Below, piece by piece: positions 1-9,959 of a stretch of 64,000 bases of DNA. Positions within the stretch are counted from its first letter, which is position 1, and every line of letters starts with the position of its first letter. The position numbers were made by a program, and so were the translations under genes. The stretch is from NCBI GenBank assembly GCA_965116905.1, contig OZ220732.1, positions 4,000,001 through 4,064,000 of the forward strand, read 5' to 3'. This DNA comes from Longimicrobiales bacterium (GTDB lineage: Bacteria > Gemmatimonadota > Gemmatimonadetes > Longimicrobiales > Gaopeijiaceae). Below the pieces are notes generated by a model. It searched no databases, was not told the origin of the DNA, and saw only the letters and a list, made by a program, of their open reading frames with translations.

Positions 1-503
1 AGGAGGAGCGACTGCATCCTCTCGTCCCAGTCCCCATAGGGCTGATTGTCGTATCGCTGCCTACGCTCGTTCATGACCACGTCGCGCTGGTTCTCCAGCT
101 TCTCCTCGGTCATCGCAGGCAGCATCCACCCCATGCGGTCCGATTCCAGCCACAGCGCAAGGTCGAGGTGGTGGGACGGCACGGTGTCGTAGTAGTTCGT
201 GCGGTCGAACCATGTCGTCGCGTTGGCCACGCCCCCCACCTTCTCGATGTGATGGAAGTGCCCGTTCTTCGGGACGTGCGCCGACCCCTGGAACATCATG
301 TGCTCGAAGAGATGCGCGAACCCGGTATGCCCCGGCGTCTCGTTCCTGGACCCCACGCCGTACCAGAGGTTGACCCCCACGACCGGCGTGGTCCGGTCCG
401 GCGCCAGGACAAGCCTGAGGCCGTTTGCGAGCGTGTGCTGCTCGATTTCGATCATGTCCGCATCGCGCGCTGCGCCGTTCCCCTCCAACACCGGTTGCAC
501 CAT
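1..503 (-). CDS. M16 (pitrilysin/insulinase) family zinc peptidase, N-terminal part; runs off the window start
   Basis: Not in the ORF track. Manual minus-strand translation gives MIEIEQHTLANGLRLVLAPDRTTPVVGVNLWYGVGSRNE...GFAHLFEHMMFQGS...NATTWFDRTNYY...QRDVVMNERRQRYDNQPYG, with the inverted zinc motif HxxEH. Start is ATG at 503 or in-frame ATG at 455. Confidence 0.9.
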   Translation of the reverse strand, partial: MVQPVLEGNGAARDADMIEIEQHTLANGLRLVLAPDRTTPVVGVNLWYGVGSRNETPGHTGFAHLFEHMMFQGSAHVPKNGHFHHIEKVGGVANATTWFDRTNYYDTVPSHHLDLALWLESDRMGWMLPAMTEEKLENQRDVVMNERRQRYDNQPYGDWDERMQSLL

Positions 504-593
504 CTTTCCCTGCGTGCGACAACACTCTAGCAGTTGACGACGCTGCACAAGGCGCCCGGGTTGCAGGCCGGCAAGCCCTGAAGGAGGCATTCC

Positions 594-1715
594 GTGGGAT
601 TCACTCCCTTCGCGATGGAGCGGTGGCAATCCACCTGGGAGCATCGGGTGGAATTCAACCTGTCGGAGAGCGGCGTTCATCCCCTGACGGTCGGGGAACT
701 GCTTTCGATGGCCGGCGGCTCGACGGATCTCGCGCGCGTCCGGCTCGGATACGGGCAGTCGAACGGTTCGGACGAGTTGAGGGCCCTCGTCGCTTCACTG
801 TACCCGGGTGCGTCGGACCGCTCGGTGGTCGTCACCACCGGCGGAGCCGAGGCGAACTTCGTGGGATTCTGGGAGCTCGCGGCGGCCAGCGGGCCGGTGG
901 CGGTCATGCTGCCCAACTACATGCAGGTTCCCGGACTGATCGAAAACTTCGAAGGGGGGTACGCACCCTTCCACCTTCGCGAAGAGGCCGGTTGGCGCCC
1001 CGATCTCGATCAGCTCGAAGCGGCACTGCGGGGCGGAGCGGGATTCATCCTGATCACGAACCCCAACAACCCCACCGGCATCGCCCTGACCGAGGCCGAG
1101 ACCGACGAGATCGTCCGTCTGGCGGATCGGTACGGCGCCTGGATCCTCTCGGACGAGGTGTACCAGGGCGCCGAGGTGGGTGAAGACCCGGTCCCGTCGT
1201 TCTGGGGCCGCTACGACAAGGTGCTGGTGACGAACACGATGTCCAAGGCGTACGCGCTACCCGGACTGCGCCTGGGGTGGGTGGTGGGTCCCGACGACGT
1301 CGTGGAGCGGCTGTGGGCCCGCACCGACTACACCACGATCGCGCCCGCGTCGCTCTCGGACGCGCTCGCCACCGTCGCGCTGTCGCCGGACGTGCGTCCC
1401 CGGATCCTTGAGCGGACCCGCGGCATCATCCGCCACAACCTGCGCGTGATGAGCGACTGGATGGACGGCCACGGAGGCCTGTTCAGCTACACGCCCCCCG
1501 ACGCGGGCGCGATCTGCATGGTGCGGTACCACGCGCCGACCGGGTCGCTGGAGCTCGCCGAGCGGCTACGGGTCGAGCACAGCCTGCTCATCGTTCCCGG
1601 CGCCCATTTCGGCGTCGAGGGGACGATGCGGATCGGGTTCGGACTGCCGGAGGACGAACTCGTGCAGGGGCTGGAGCGCCTGGGGTCCGTCTTCGCCACG
1701 GCAGGCACCGCATAG
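594..1715 (+). CDS. PLP-dependent aminotransferase class I/II
   Basis: Motifs NPNNPTG, SDEVY and MSKAYALPGLRLGW (PLP lysine); AGGAGG RBS before GTG. Confidence 0.92.
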   Translation: MGFTPFAMERWQSTWEHRVEFNLSESGVHPLTVGELLSMAGGSTDLARVRLGYGQSNGSDELRALVASLYPGASDRSVVVTTGGAEANFVGFWELAAASGPVAVMLPNYMQVPGLIENFEGGYAPFHLREEAGWRPDLDQLEAALRGGAGFILITNPNNPTGIALTEAETDEIVRLADRYGAWILSDEVYQGAEVGEDPVPSFWGRYDKVLVTNTMSKAYALPGLRLGWVVGPDDVVERLWARTDYTTIAPASLSDALATVALSPDVRPRILERTRGIIRHNLRVMSDWMDGHGGLFSYTPPDAGAICMVRYHAPTGSLELAERLRVEHSLLIVPGAHFGVEGTMRIGFGLPEDELVQGLERLGSVFATAGTA

Positions 1716-1771
1716 TAGAGTATGCGGAAAGACGCTTTATGTATATCGAAGTTTACATGAACGATCTCGGG

Positions 1772-2461
1772 TCACAGCCCGAGGTCATCCGTTTCCACCG
1801 GCGTCACGCAGTCGGGTTCGTCGTAGCCGGCCCGGTTCACCGCCCTTGAGACGGGGTACAGGTTGAGCTCGGGTGTCTCGGCTCCGCCCAGGATGGCGTT
1901 CAGCGCCGTGGGCGTCGTGCCCCGCGCCAGCCAGTCGTCCCAGCTGTGCGCGGGAAGAATGACCGGGACCCTGTCGTGGAGCCAGCGGATCGCGTCGGGG
2001 GCATCCCGCGTGAGGATCGAGAACGTCAGCAGCCTGGAGCCGGTTCGCGACCGCCAGGTGGACCAGATCCCGGCCATGGCGAAGACCTCCCGCCCGGCCT
2101 GGTGCAGCCAGTACGGCTGCTTTCCCGTCGGGCGCCTCTCCCACTCGTAGAAGCCGTCGGCCGGCACCAGGCAGCGTTGCGCGAGGAAGGACTCCCGGAA
2201 GGCCCTCCGTTCACCGACCGTTTCGGACCGCGCATTGATCATGCGGGGTCCCACGCGCGGGCTGTCCGCCCAGTGCGGGACGAGGCCCCACCGCATGAGA
2301 CCGGCCCGCCTGCCCGTGGGCGCGGCGATCACGATCGGCGCCTCCTCGGTGGGAGCGACGTTGTAGCGGGGGCGGTGGTGCGCCAGGCCCGGCGAAGTCT
2401 CCGCCCTGAACGCGCCGACGACGGCGTCGACCTCGACGGCTAGACTGAAGCGGCCGCACAC
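1772..2461 (-). CDS. SOS response-associated peptidase (SRAP/YedK/HMCES family)
   Basis: N-terminal MCGRF (catalytic Cys2), RYNVAP, INARSET, GFYEW, HDRVPVIL. Confidence 0.95.
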   Translation of the reverse strand: MCGRFSLAVEVDAVVGAFRAETSPGLAHHRPRYNVAPTEEAPIVIAAPTGRRAGLMRWGLVPHWADSPRVGPRMINARSETVGERRAFRESFLAQRCLVPADGFYEWERRPTGKQPYWLHQAGREVFAMAGIWSTWRSRTGSRLLTFSILTRDAPDAIRWLHDRVPVILPAHSWDDWLARGTTPTALNAILGGAETPELNLYPVSRAVNRAGYDEPDCVTPVETDDLGL

Positions 2462-2465
2462 GGAC

Positions 2466-3488
2466 TCAGCCGCCGGACGAAGCAGCCTCCGCCAGCGCGT
2501 CCACCGCCGTTGCGCTCGCGATGCCGGCGGTGTCCCTCACGACGAAGAAGCCGTCCTCTCCCTGCTCCTGATAGAGCGGCATCAGGAGCCGGCCGCTCTT
2601 CGGCACCACCACTTCGCCGTGGCGGTCGTCGCCGACCACGTCTCCCACTCGCACGCGCTGGAAGTTGCGGAAGCCCGGACGGGTCCGGTAGCGGTCAGCC
2701 GGCTCGACCGGGTGGCGATACGTGCTCTCGAGCACCCGGGGCAACCCCCGGTATGCGTGCCTGAGCGCCCGGTACGCGGCTGCGGCCTCGGGCACGTCCC
2801 CCCAGTCGAGCAGGCCCGCCGCGTGGATCGCCAGCCAGACCGCGCTGGCCGCCCTCACCCTCGCGTCCGCTTCCTCGTGCTGTCCGCATTCGAAGACGGC
2901 CGACGTATACCCCAGGTGGTCCATGTAGCTGTTGAAGGTGCCCTCGAGGTGCTGGTCCAGCTTCATGACCAGCGGCGCCGGTATGGCCATCGCGAAACGC
3001 TTGTTGTGGGGCAGGTCGCTCGCGGTCGTAAAGGCCCCGCCGCCGCCCGAGGTCGTGTGGATGTCGAGAACGTACACGGGACCCCGGCGCCGCTCCGCCA
3101 CCTCGTCCAGCACGTCGAGAATCCGGAGCATCTCCAGGTCCTCGTGCTGCAGTGCGCTGCCGTTCGCCGCATCCAGGGACCTCACCGCCGAGACCCTGGC
3201 CGGCGTCCACGCGCGGTTCAGGTCGTACGCGAGGAAGCGGCGCCCGGCCTCGAGTGCCTGCAGGTTGCCCGCCACCGCGATGAACTCGCCCCTGAGAAGC
3301 CGCCTGCGCGCGGCGACCGCCTCGATGATCGCCTCCAGCGCCCGCACCCCGGCCGGCTCGTTGCCGTGCAGCCCTCCGATGCAGAGAAGCAGCGGGCCCG
3401 AGCCGACGCCCGTGACGCGCTCGATGACCCCGCGCCGCGAGAGCCACTCTGCCCGCCCCACCGACGCGCCCGCCACCCGGTCAGCCAC
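2466..3488 (-). CDS. Succinylglutamate desuccinylase/aspartoacylase (M14-like) family hydrolase
   Basis: GGLHGNE, DLNRAW, LDIHTT and FECGQH motifs. Confidence 0.88.
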   Translation of the reverse strand: MADRVAGASVGRAEWLSRRGVIERVTGVGSGPLLLCIGGLHGNEPAGVRALEAIIEAVAARRRLLRGEFIAVAGNLQALEAGRRFLAYDLNRAWTPARVSAVRSLDAANGSALQHEDLEMLRILDVLDEVAERRRGPVYVLDIHTTSGGGGAFTTASDLPHNKRFAMAIPAPLVMKLDQHLEGTFNSYMDHLGYTSAVFECGQHEEADARVRAASAVWLAIHAAGLLDWGDVPEAAAAYRALRHAYRGLPRVLESTYRHPVEPADRYRTRPGFRNFQRVRVGDVVGDDRHGEVVVPKSGRLLMPLYQEQGEDGFFVVRDTAGIASATAVDALAEAASSGG

Positions 3489-3494
3489 TCGTGG

Positions 3495-5405
3495 CTAGTC
3501 CTCCTGGAGCCGTTCTTCGAGGAGATGATAGGCCATCGGCATGAAGTCCGTTTCGCTCACCAGGCCGACCAGCTGACCGTCCTGGACCACCGGCAGCGCC
3601 GAGACCCGGTTGCTTCGCATGCTGCTTATCGCCTCGAGGGTCGTCGTGTCCGGCGACGCCGTCACCGGACTCCGCTCCATGATCTCGCTCACGGGGATGC
3701 TCTCGGCCTCCGCCTGCGTCCGGCCCTCGGCCATCAGGCGCAGGATCGAACGATAGGACACGATGCCGACCAGCCGGTGGTCGTTGTCCTCGATCAGCAC
3801 ATGACGAATCTGGCGTACGTGCATGAGGTAGGCGACCAGCTCCACCAGCTCGTCCTGGTTCACCGTCGTCAGAGACGTCGTCATGTATTGCTCGACGCGC
3901 ATGTAGTTGTGCTTCCAGCCTCCGGCCTCGCTGAGTTCGGCCGGCTCCCAGCGCGCCACCGGAAGCCCCTTCTTCTGCTGGCGCACCGTCGCGGACGTAA
4001 GCGCCGCCAGCTGCTCGCCCTTCGTACCCGCCCCCTTGAGGTTGCTCAGGGACCGGAGCGCCCAGCTGGCCCCCGTCACACCCTTCGACACGCGCTCCTC
4101 GATCACGTCGAGATAGCGGTCCAGCTCCGTCTCGTACACCGGGTAGCGCCTCAGTCCCTCCCGGGCGAACGGCAGCAGCGTGTCCAGGACCAGCCGGTCG
4201 GCCGGGCCGCTCTTCCCGTCGAGCCACGCCATCCCGCCCCGCAGCCCGAGCCGCGAGGCGGCCAGGAAGTTGGCCTTGGCGTCGTCGAATTCCATGCGCT
4301 CCGTGAGGTCGGGGACCGCCTCGGCAACGCCCAGCACGGTCCCGATCCAGAAGACCGTGTTGGCCATCTCGTCCAGCGTGGACGGGCCCGCCGGAAGGGC
4401 GCGGCACTCAATGCGCAGGTGCGGCTGGCCCTTCGAGATGCCGTAGCACGGCCGGTTCCACCGGTAGACGGTGCCGTTGAAGAGCTGAAGGGCCTGCAGC
4501 CTGGGAACGCCTCCGTCCTCCAGCACCTCGAGCGCATCCTCCTCCACGTCCATCGCGAGGAGCACCCGGAAGGTGGCGATGTCCTCCTGGAAGAGCTCGG
4601 TCACCGACTTCTCCAGCCAGCTGCCCCCGAACCGCACGCGCGGACTCATCTCCCGCATGTGAAGGTCGGCCCCGCGGGTATCGAGCGACTGCCGGAAGAG
4701 CGCGATCCGCGTCTCGGCCCACAGCCGGCGACCGAAGAGCAGCGGCGAGTTGACCGACGCGGCGAGTATGGGCCCCGTGACGGCCTGGGCCACGTTGTAG
4801 AAGTGCGCGAACTCGTCCGCGGACACCTGCAGGTGGACCTGCGCACTCGTGTTGCAGGCCTCGAGCATCACGGAATCGTGCTGGATCATCAGCTCGTCCG
4901 TGCCCCTGATCCGCAACCGGAAGCCGCTCCCCGCCTGGTTCATGGCTTCGTTGAGGGCGTAGTAGCGTTCCCGCGGTGTGATGTTGTCGAGCGAGAGGTC
5001 CGACTTGGTCAGGGTGGGCAGGATGCCGGTGAGCACGGCCTCGGAGTTGTGCAGCCGGGCGGCATCGCGCACGCGCGTCACATAGCTGTCGAGTTCCGCG
5101 TGCATGTCGGAAAAACACGACCCCTCGAGAAGCCGCGGCGACAGGTTGGCCTCCAGGTTGAAGCGCGCCAGCTCGGTCGTGAACGGCTCGTCGTCGAGTT
5201 CGTCCAGGACCTGGACCGCCACCGGCGCCGGCCGCCAGGCCTCGTCTACGAGAAAGAATTCCTGCTCGGCGCCGAACCGGCGGATCCCGGATTCGATTCG
5301 GCCGTCCTCGAGGAGGCGCTCCAGCGCCTGGAGGTCCCTGAGGAGCGCGCGAGTAAAGACCCGGATGGCCTCCGGGGATGTCTGGGGCTTGAGATCGACG
5401 CCCAT
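3495..5405 (-). CDS. Glutamate-cysteine ligase family 2 (GCS2) protein with a C-terminal CBS pair
   Basis: GAEQEFFL, TELARFNLE, QVHLQV, NSPLLFG, LRIECR (GCS2/GS-like fold); C-terminal CBS repeats RVEQYMTT...LVGIVS and PVSEIM...LVGLVSETD. Confidence 0.88.
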   Translation of the reverse strand: MGVDLKPQTSPEAIRVFTRALLRDLQALERLLEDGRIESGIRRFGAEQEFFLVDEAWRPAPVAVQVLDELDDEPFTTELARFNLEANLSPRLLEGSCFSDMHAELDSYVTRVRDAARLHNSEAVLTGILPTLTKSDLSLDNITPRERYYALNEAMNQAGSGFRLRIRGTDELMIQHDSVMLEACNTSAQVHLQVSADEFAHFYNVAQAVTGPILAASVNSPLLFGRRLWAETRIALFRQSLDTRGADLHMREMSPRVRFGGSWLEKSVTELFQEDIATFRVLLAMDVEEDALEVLEDGGVPRLQALQLFNGTVYRWNRPCYGISKGQPHLRIECRALPAGPSTLDEMANTVFWIGTVLGVAEAVPDLTERMEFDDAKANFLAASRLGLRGGMAWLDGKSGPADRLVLDTLLPFAREGLRRYPVYETELDRYLDVIEERVSKGVTGASWALRSLSNLKGAGTKGEQLAALTSATVRQQKKGLPVARWEPAELSEAGGWKHNYMRVEQYMTTSLTTVNQDELVELVAYLMHVRQIRHVLIEDNDHRLVGIVSYRSILRLMAEGRTQAEAESIPVSEIMERSPVTASPDTTTLEAISSMRSNRVSALPVVQDGQLVGLVSETDFMPMAYHLLEERLQED

Positions 5406-5480
5406 TAGCGTTCCTGGATTCTTCCGGTCCGATGTCCTTGTGTGTACGCCTCGCGACGGATTCTATCTGAAAGGGCCGCC

Positions 5481-6149
5481 CTAGCGAAAGGTCGCGATGG
5501 CCGCGAGGGCCTTCTTCGTGATCGCCGGCACCCGGACCCGGTCCGCGGGATACCCCGCTACGAGCAGCAGGAAGGGACGCTCGTTCGGCGGCCTGTCCAG
5601 GATCTCGTTGAGGAAGTTCATCGGCGACGGGGTGTGGGTCAGCGTCGCCAGCCCCGCATGGTGGAGCGCCGTGATCAGGATACCCGTCGCGATCCCCACG
5701 CTCTCCTGCACGTAGTAGTTCTTGAGCTTCCGCCCATCCCGGCCGACCATGTACCGCTCGGCGAAGATCGCGATCAGGTACGGGGCGGTCTCCAGGAATG
5801 GCTTGTGCTCGTCCGTGCCGAGCGCGGCCAGGGCATCGAGCCACTCCTTCGGGGCGCCGCCGCGATAGAACGCCCGCTCCTCGGCCTCGGCCGCGACCCT
5901 GATGCGGGCCTTGATCTCCGGGTCGGAAACGGCCACGAAGTGCCACGGCTGATGGTTCGCCCCGCTCGGCGCGGTCCCCGCCGCTCGAATGCACTCCTCG
6001 ATCACGCCGCGGGGCACCGGCCGGTCGCTGTATTCCCTGACCGTGCGGCGGCGCTGTGCCTCGGCCCGGAACTCCGACGCGCGCGCCGTCATCTCGGCGG
6101 GCGGGCGCTCGATCCAGGATTCGAGCGGAACGAAGCGGGGGTCGGTCAA
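5481..6149 (-). CDS. Nitroreductase superfamily, iodotyrosine deiodinase (IYD)-like flavoprotein
   Basis: [47 protein letters not shown] and LTHTP match the IYD subgroup. TTG start at 6149 inferred; the ORF track extends to 6272. Confidence 0.85.
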   Translation of the reverse strand: MTDPRFVPLESWIERPPAEMTARASEFRAEAQRRRTVREYSDRPVPRGVIEECIRAAGTAPSGANHQPWHFVAVSDPEIKARIRVAAEAEERAFYRGGAPKEWLDALAALGTDEHKPFLETAPYLIAIFAERYMVGRDGRKLKNYYVQESVGIATGILITALHHAGLATLTHTPSPMNFLNEILDRPPNERPFLLLVAGYPADRVRVPAITKKALAAIATFR

Positions 6150-6163
6150 CGGAAAGGGCTTTC

Positions 6164-6217
6164 CGGCCGTGCGGGCGCGCTCATTCGCGGCCGTGAGGGT
6201 GCGCTCATTCGCGGCCG
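6164..6217. repeat. 24-bp tandem duplication spanning the stop codon of the upstream gene
   Basis: cggccgtgcgggcgcgctcattcg / cggccgtgagggtgcgctcattcg / cggccg. Confidence 0.8.
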
Positions 6218-6744
6218 CGCAGGCGCGTGTAGGCGGCAACGACATCGCCCCCGCTCCACTCGCGCACCACACTGGAGGCCGGCACGCCCAGGGAGCGCGA
6301 CAGGAAGCGTACGTTCACCAGTCCCACCAGTTCCTCGTCCGAGAGCGAGACATTGCGCCATTCGGAGGCGACACGGGCCTCGAAGCGCTCGTACGCGCCG
6401 GCCAGGAATCCCGGGGAACCGTCGATGGGCACGTGAAAGTCACCCGCGTGCACCGAGTAGCCCCCGGCGATCTCCAACCAGCTGGCACCGCGCCGCCGCT
6501 GGGCCACGACGACGTCGGGGGGAACACCCGCGCGTGTCGCCAGTCGCAGGACGACCGGTATCTCGGCGGTGGAAAGGTCCCAACGGGCCAGAACCATGAC
6601 CTCGCCCGCGGGCGTGCCGAAATACTCGCCCACGGCGCGGAGAAACGCCGCGTCTTCGGGGTTTCCCTGCTGTGCCTCAAGTACTCCAGGTGCAAGTACG
6701 AAAAGCAGCGCCGCCGCGGCCTTCGATCTTCCCGGGTTCCACAT
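6205..6744 (-). CDS. Hypothetical exported protein
   Basis: ATG at 6744 after a CAGGAG RBS; signal-peptide-like N-terminus [25 protein letters not shown]. Confidence 0.65.
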   Translation of the reverse strand: MWNPGRSKAAAALLFVLAPGVLEAQQGNPEDAAFLRAVGEYFGTPAGEVMVLARWDLSTAEIPVVLRLATRAGVPPDVVVAQRRRGASWLEIAGGYSVHAGDFHVPIDGSPGFLAGAYERFEARVASEWRNVSLSDEELVGLVNVRFLSRSLGVPASSVVREWSGGDVVAAYTRLRGRE

Positions 6745-6856
6745 TCTTGCCGTCTCCTGTCGCTTCCGAAATGTCACCGCGCCGGCGCCTGCCCGCCAGC
6801 CCCGCCCCGCGCCCCGCCGGCCCGGCGCCTCACCGCTCCGGGTGCATTTTGCGGCG

Positions 6857-7975
6857 TTATCCGCGGACTGCGAGCGCCCGCAGCGCCCGTTCGCGGGCCG
6901 CAACCACGGGCGAGCACCCCGCGTCGTCGGCCTCGCGGAAGATCGCCGCCAGCGAACCACCGATGGAGCGGACGCGCGACTCCAGGTCGCCGGGATCGAG
7001 TATCCCCCGCTCCATGAGCCCGAACGACATCGCGCCGCCGCCGTTGATCACGTAGTCGGGCGCGTACAGGATCCCGCGTGCCCTCAGCCGGTCCGCGTCC
7101 TCCGGCACCTCGAGCTGGTTGTTGGCGGCGCCGGCGACGATGCGGCAGCGCAGGCGCGGAATCGAGCGCTGGTTGAGGGTCGCACCGACCGCGCTGGGGG
7201 CGTACACGTCGCACTCGGTGTCGTACACCGCGCCGGGGTCGACCGCAGTCCCGCCGCACCGCGCGGCGACGGCACTCGCACGCTCCGCGTCGATTTCGGA
7301 CACGAGCACGCGCGCACCCGAGTCGCGCAGAAGGCCCGCCAGCGCGCCACCCACGTCTCCCGCGCCCTGGACCAGCACCGACTTCCCGGTGAGATCCGGG
7401 CTGCCGTCGAGGTGGTTCACCGCCGCCACGATGCCCGCGTGAACTCCCACGGCCGTGTAGGGACTCGGATTCGGCGGCGGGTTGCCGTCGTGGCTGCCCG
7501 CCACCGCGTTCGTGAGCGCTGCGAGAAAGGTCATGTCCTCGCGGGTCGTCCCGAGGTCCTCGCCGACGCTGTAGCCCCCGTCCAGGGCGTTCAGCACGCG
7601 GGCGAAGCGCCGGAACAGGCTGCGGCGCCGCTCCCCCGCGACAGGCCCGGGAACGGATAGCACGGACTTCCCGCCCCCGTACGGCAGGTCGATCGCCGCC
7701 CACTTGCTGGTCATGCCCTCGGCCAGCCTCATCGCGTCGTGCAGCGCCTCGGCGGGCGACGGATAGCTCTTGAGGCGGCAGCCGCCCGTCGGGCGGCCAA
7801 GGGTGTTGTCGTGGAGCGCCACGAAGATCCAGCTCCGCGTCTCCTCGTGAAAGGACGAGACGACGCCCAGGCCATCCCATCCCTCGATCAGCGTTTCCAG
7901 CCCGATCTGCGTGCCGCCGGCGCCGTTGTCGGCGCCCGCCGGACCACGCCGCCCCTCCGTGTTGGAATTCCTCAC
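6857..7975 (-). CDS. Glu/Leu/Phe/Val dehydrogenase (leucine-dehydrogenase-like)
   Basis: GGCR, GMTSK, GGGKSV, GEDLGT, VQGAGDVG (Rossmann), AGAANNQL, PDYVINGGG; GTG start overlaps the upstream TGA after AAGGAGG. Confidence 0.92.
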   Translation of the reverse strand: MRNSNTEGRRGPAGADNGAGGTQIGLETLIEGWDGLGVVSSFHEETRSWIFVALHDNTLGRPTGGCRLKSYPSPAEALHDAMRLAEGMTSKWAAIDLPYGGGKSVLSVPGPVAGERRRSLFRRFARVLNALDGGYSVGEDLGTTREDMTFLAALTNAVAGSHDGNPPPNPSPYTAVGVHAGIVAAVNHLDGSPDLTGKSVLVQGAGDVGGALAGLLRDSGARVLVSEIDAERASAVAARCGGTAVDPGAVYDTECDVYAPSAVGATLNQRSIPRLRCRIVAGAANNQLEVPEDADRLRARGILYAPDYVINGGGAMSFGLMERGILDPGDLESRVRSIGGSLAAIFREADDAGCSPVVAARERALRALAVRG

Positions 7976-8385
7976 CTGGGTCGAGCCTCCTTTCGGTACA
8001 CGAAGCGCAATCCCGACCAGTCCCGGTCGATCGCGCATATCTTGTTGTCCACCATGCCGCCCGCGAGACCCGCACGCCGGACATCCGACTCGCGGATGTC
8101 GCTCGCCAATCTGCCGGCCAGCTTCGGCCAGGCAAGCCAGAGCCCGCCATTCCAGTTCAACTGGGGACTGAAGCGGTCGACGGTTCCCGGGAGCGCCGCC
8201 AGCGCGGGCAGAAAGACCACGATCACGTCGTAGCGACGCGGCCCGGAAAAACCGTGGTCGACAATCACCGAGGCCGGGAGGTCGAGCGCCGCTGCAAAGT
8301 CATCCGGGCCGCCCGCCCATCCGACGCGGTGCCCTTCGCCGATTCCCAGCTTTCGCGCGAGCGGGGTTCCCGAGTAGCCCGCCAT
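7972..8385 (-). CDS. DUF3052-like protein
   Basis: MAGYSGTPLARKLGI...LWLAWPK...GMVDNKICAIDRDWSGLRF pattern. Confidence 0.8.
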   Translation of the reverse strand: MAGYSGTPLARKLGIGEGHRVGWAGGPDDFAAALDLPASVIVDHGFSGPRRYDVIVVFLPALAALPGTVDRFSPQLNWNGGLWLAWPKLAGRLASDIRESDVRRAGLAGGMVDNKICAIDRDWSGLRFVYRKEARPR

Positions 8386-8458
8386 GCAGTCCTCCATGAA
8401 GTTTGGTGGAAACGATGGAGTAAGTTAGAACACCACCCACCACCGAGAGGCCCCGCCA

Positions 8459-9247
8459 ATGGAATGGATTGCGAATCCGGAAGCCTGGGTTGCCCTGGCC
8501 ACCCTCGCAGTGTTGGAGATCGTTCTGGGGATCGACAACATCATCTTCATATCGATTCTGGCCGACAAGCTGCCGAAGGAGCGTCAGGCGAGCGCGCGGC
8601 GTCTCGGCCTGCTGCTGGCGATGATCAGCCGCCTGGCCCTGTTGGGGACCATCAACATGATCATGCGGCTCACGGCGCCCCTCTTCAGCTTCGTGGGACA
8701 CGCCTTTTCGGGACGCGATCTGATCCTGATCGTCGGAGGGCTCTTTCTGCTGACCAAGGCCACCCGCGAGATCCACCATCGACTCGAGGGGGACGAAGAG
8801 CACGGCGGAAAGGCACGCGCCGCGAGCTACGGGGCCATCCTTGTCCAGATCGCCATCATGGACATGGTCTTCTCGCTCGACTCGGTGATCACCGCCGTGG
8901 GACTCGCGGAGGACTTCGCGGTGATGGCCATCGCCATCGTCCTCGCCGTCACCGTGATGCTGCTCGCCGCCAACGCGGTGTCGCGATTCGTCAATAATCA
9001 CCCGACGGTGAAGATGCTGGCCCTGAGCTTCCTTCTCCTGCTCGGCATGACGCTGGTGGCCGAGGGCTTCGGACAGCACATCCCGAAGGGGTACATCTAC
9101 TTCGCGATGGGCTTCTCGATCTTCGTGGAGGGCCTGAACCTCAGGGCCAGGGCGGGCCGGCCGGTCGAACTGCGGCCGGTCGAACTGCGGCGGCCCCCGC
9201 GGAAGCCGGCGCCGCAGACCGATCCGCCCGCGACCGGGGCCGGCTGA
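8459..9247 (+). CDS. TerC family membrane protein
   Basis: LEIVLGIDNIIFI and DMVFSLDSVITAVG motifs; multiple TM segments. Confidence 0.93.
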   Translation: MEWIANPEAWVALATLAVLEIVLGIDNIIFISILADKLPKERQASARRLGLLLAMISRLALLGTINMIMRLTAPLFSFVGHAFSGRDLILIVGGLFLLTKATREIHHRLEGDEEHGGKARAASYGAILVQIAIMDMVFSLDSVITAVGLAEDFAVMAIAIVLAVTVMLLAANAVSRFVNNHPTVKMLALSFLLLLGMTLVAEGFGQHIPKGYIYFAMGFSIFVEGLNLRARAGRPVELRPVELRRPPRKPAPQTDPPATGAG

Positions 9248-9248
9248 G

Positions 9249-9322
<74 letters not shown>

Positions 9323-9371
9323 AAGGAGCAGTAATGATCCAAGACGGCCGATCCGGGGTCAAGGGGAATGA

Positions 9372-9761
<390 letters not shown>

Positions 9762-9959
9762 CCTGAATGATGATAGCGAACGCGCGGCGCTGGCCATACC
9801 GGGCGGCCGGCAAGACATCGGAGCGTCGGCGTGAGCTGTCTCGTAACTCAAGTCACTGCAACGGAACAAATGTCTTGCGGGATTGTGGAAAACATGCGAT
9901 AATGCGTCCGTGACGTTTCCCGAGTCCCTGCCCTTCCAACCTGGAAACCCCAGCCAGGA

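Noticed and set aside
1716..1771. AT-rich spacer with an ATGTA..TACAT dyad as a possible SOS box for SRAP
   Set aside because: It lies downstream of both convergent genes, so it cannot be their operator, and it matches no LexA box I can support.
2619..5408. 929-aa plus-strand ORF, and similar long shadow ORFs (24382-27279 +, 36322-38892 -, 20751-22847 -, 23849-26188 -)
   Set aside because: Antisense or alternate-frame shadows of well-supported genes in GC-rich DNA; Arg/Pro/Gly-rich with no motifs.
5481..6149. Nitroreductase as the missing azoline dehydrogenase of the RiPP cluster
   Set aside because: It has IYD-subgroup signatures, lacks a leader-binding region and is about 34 kb away in a different operon.
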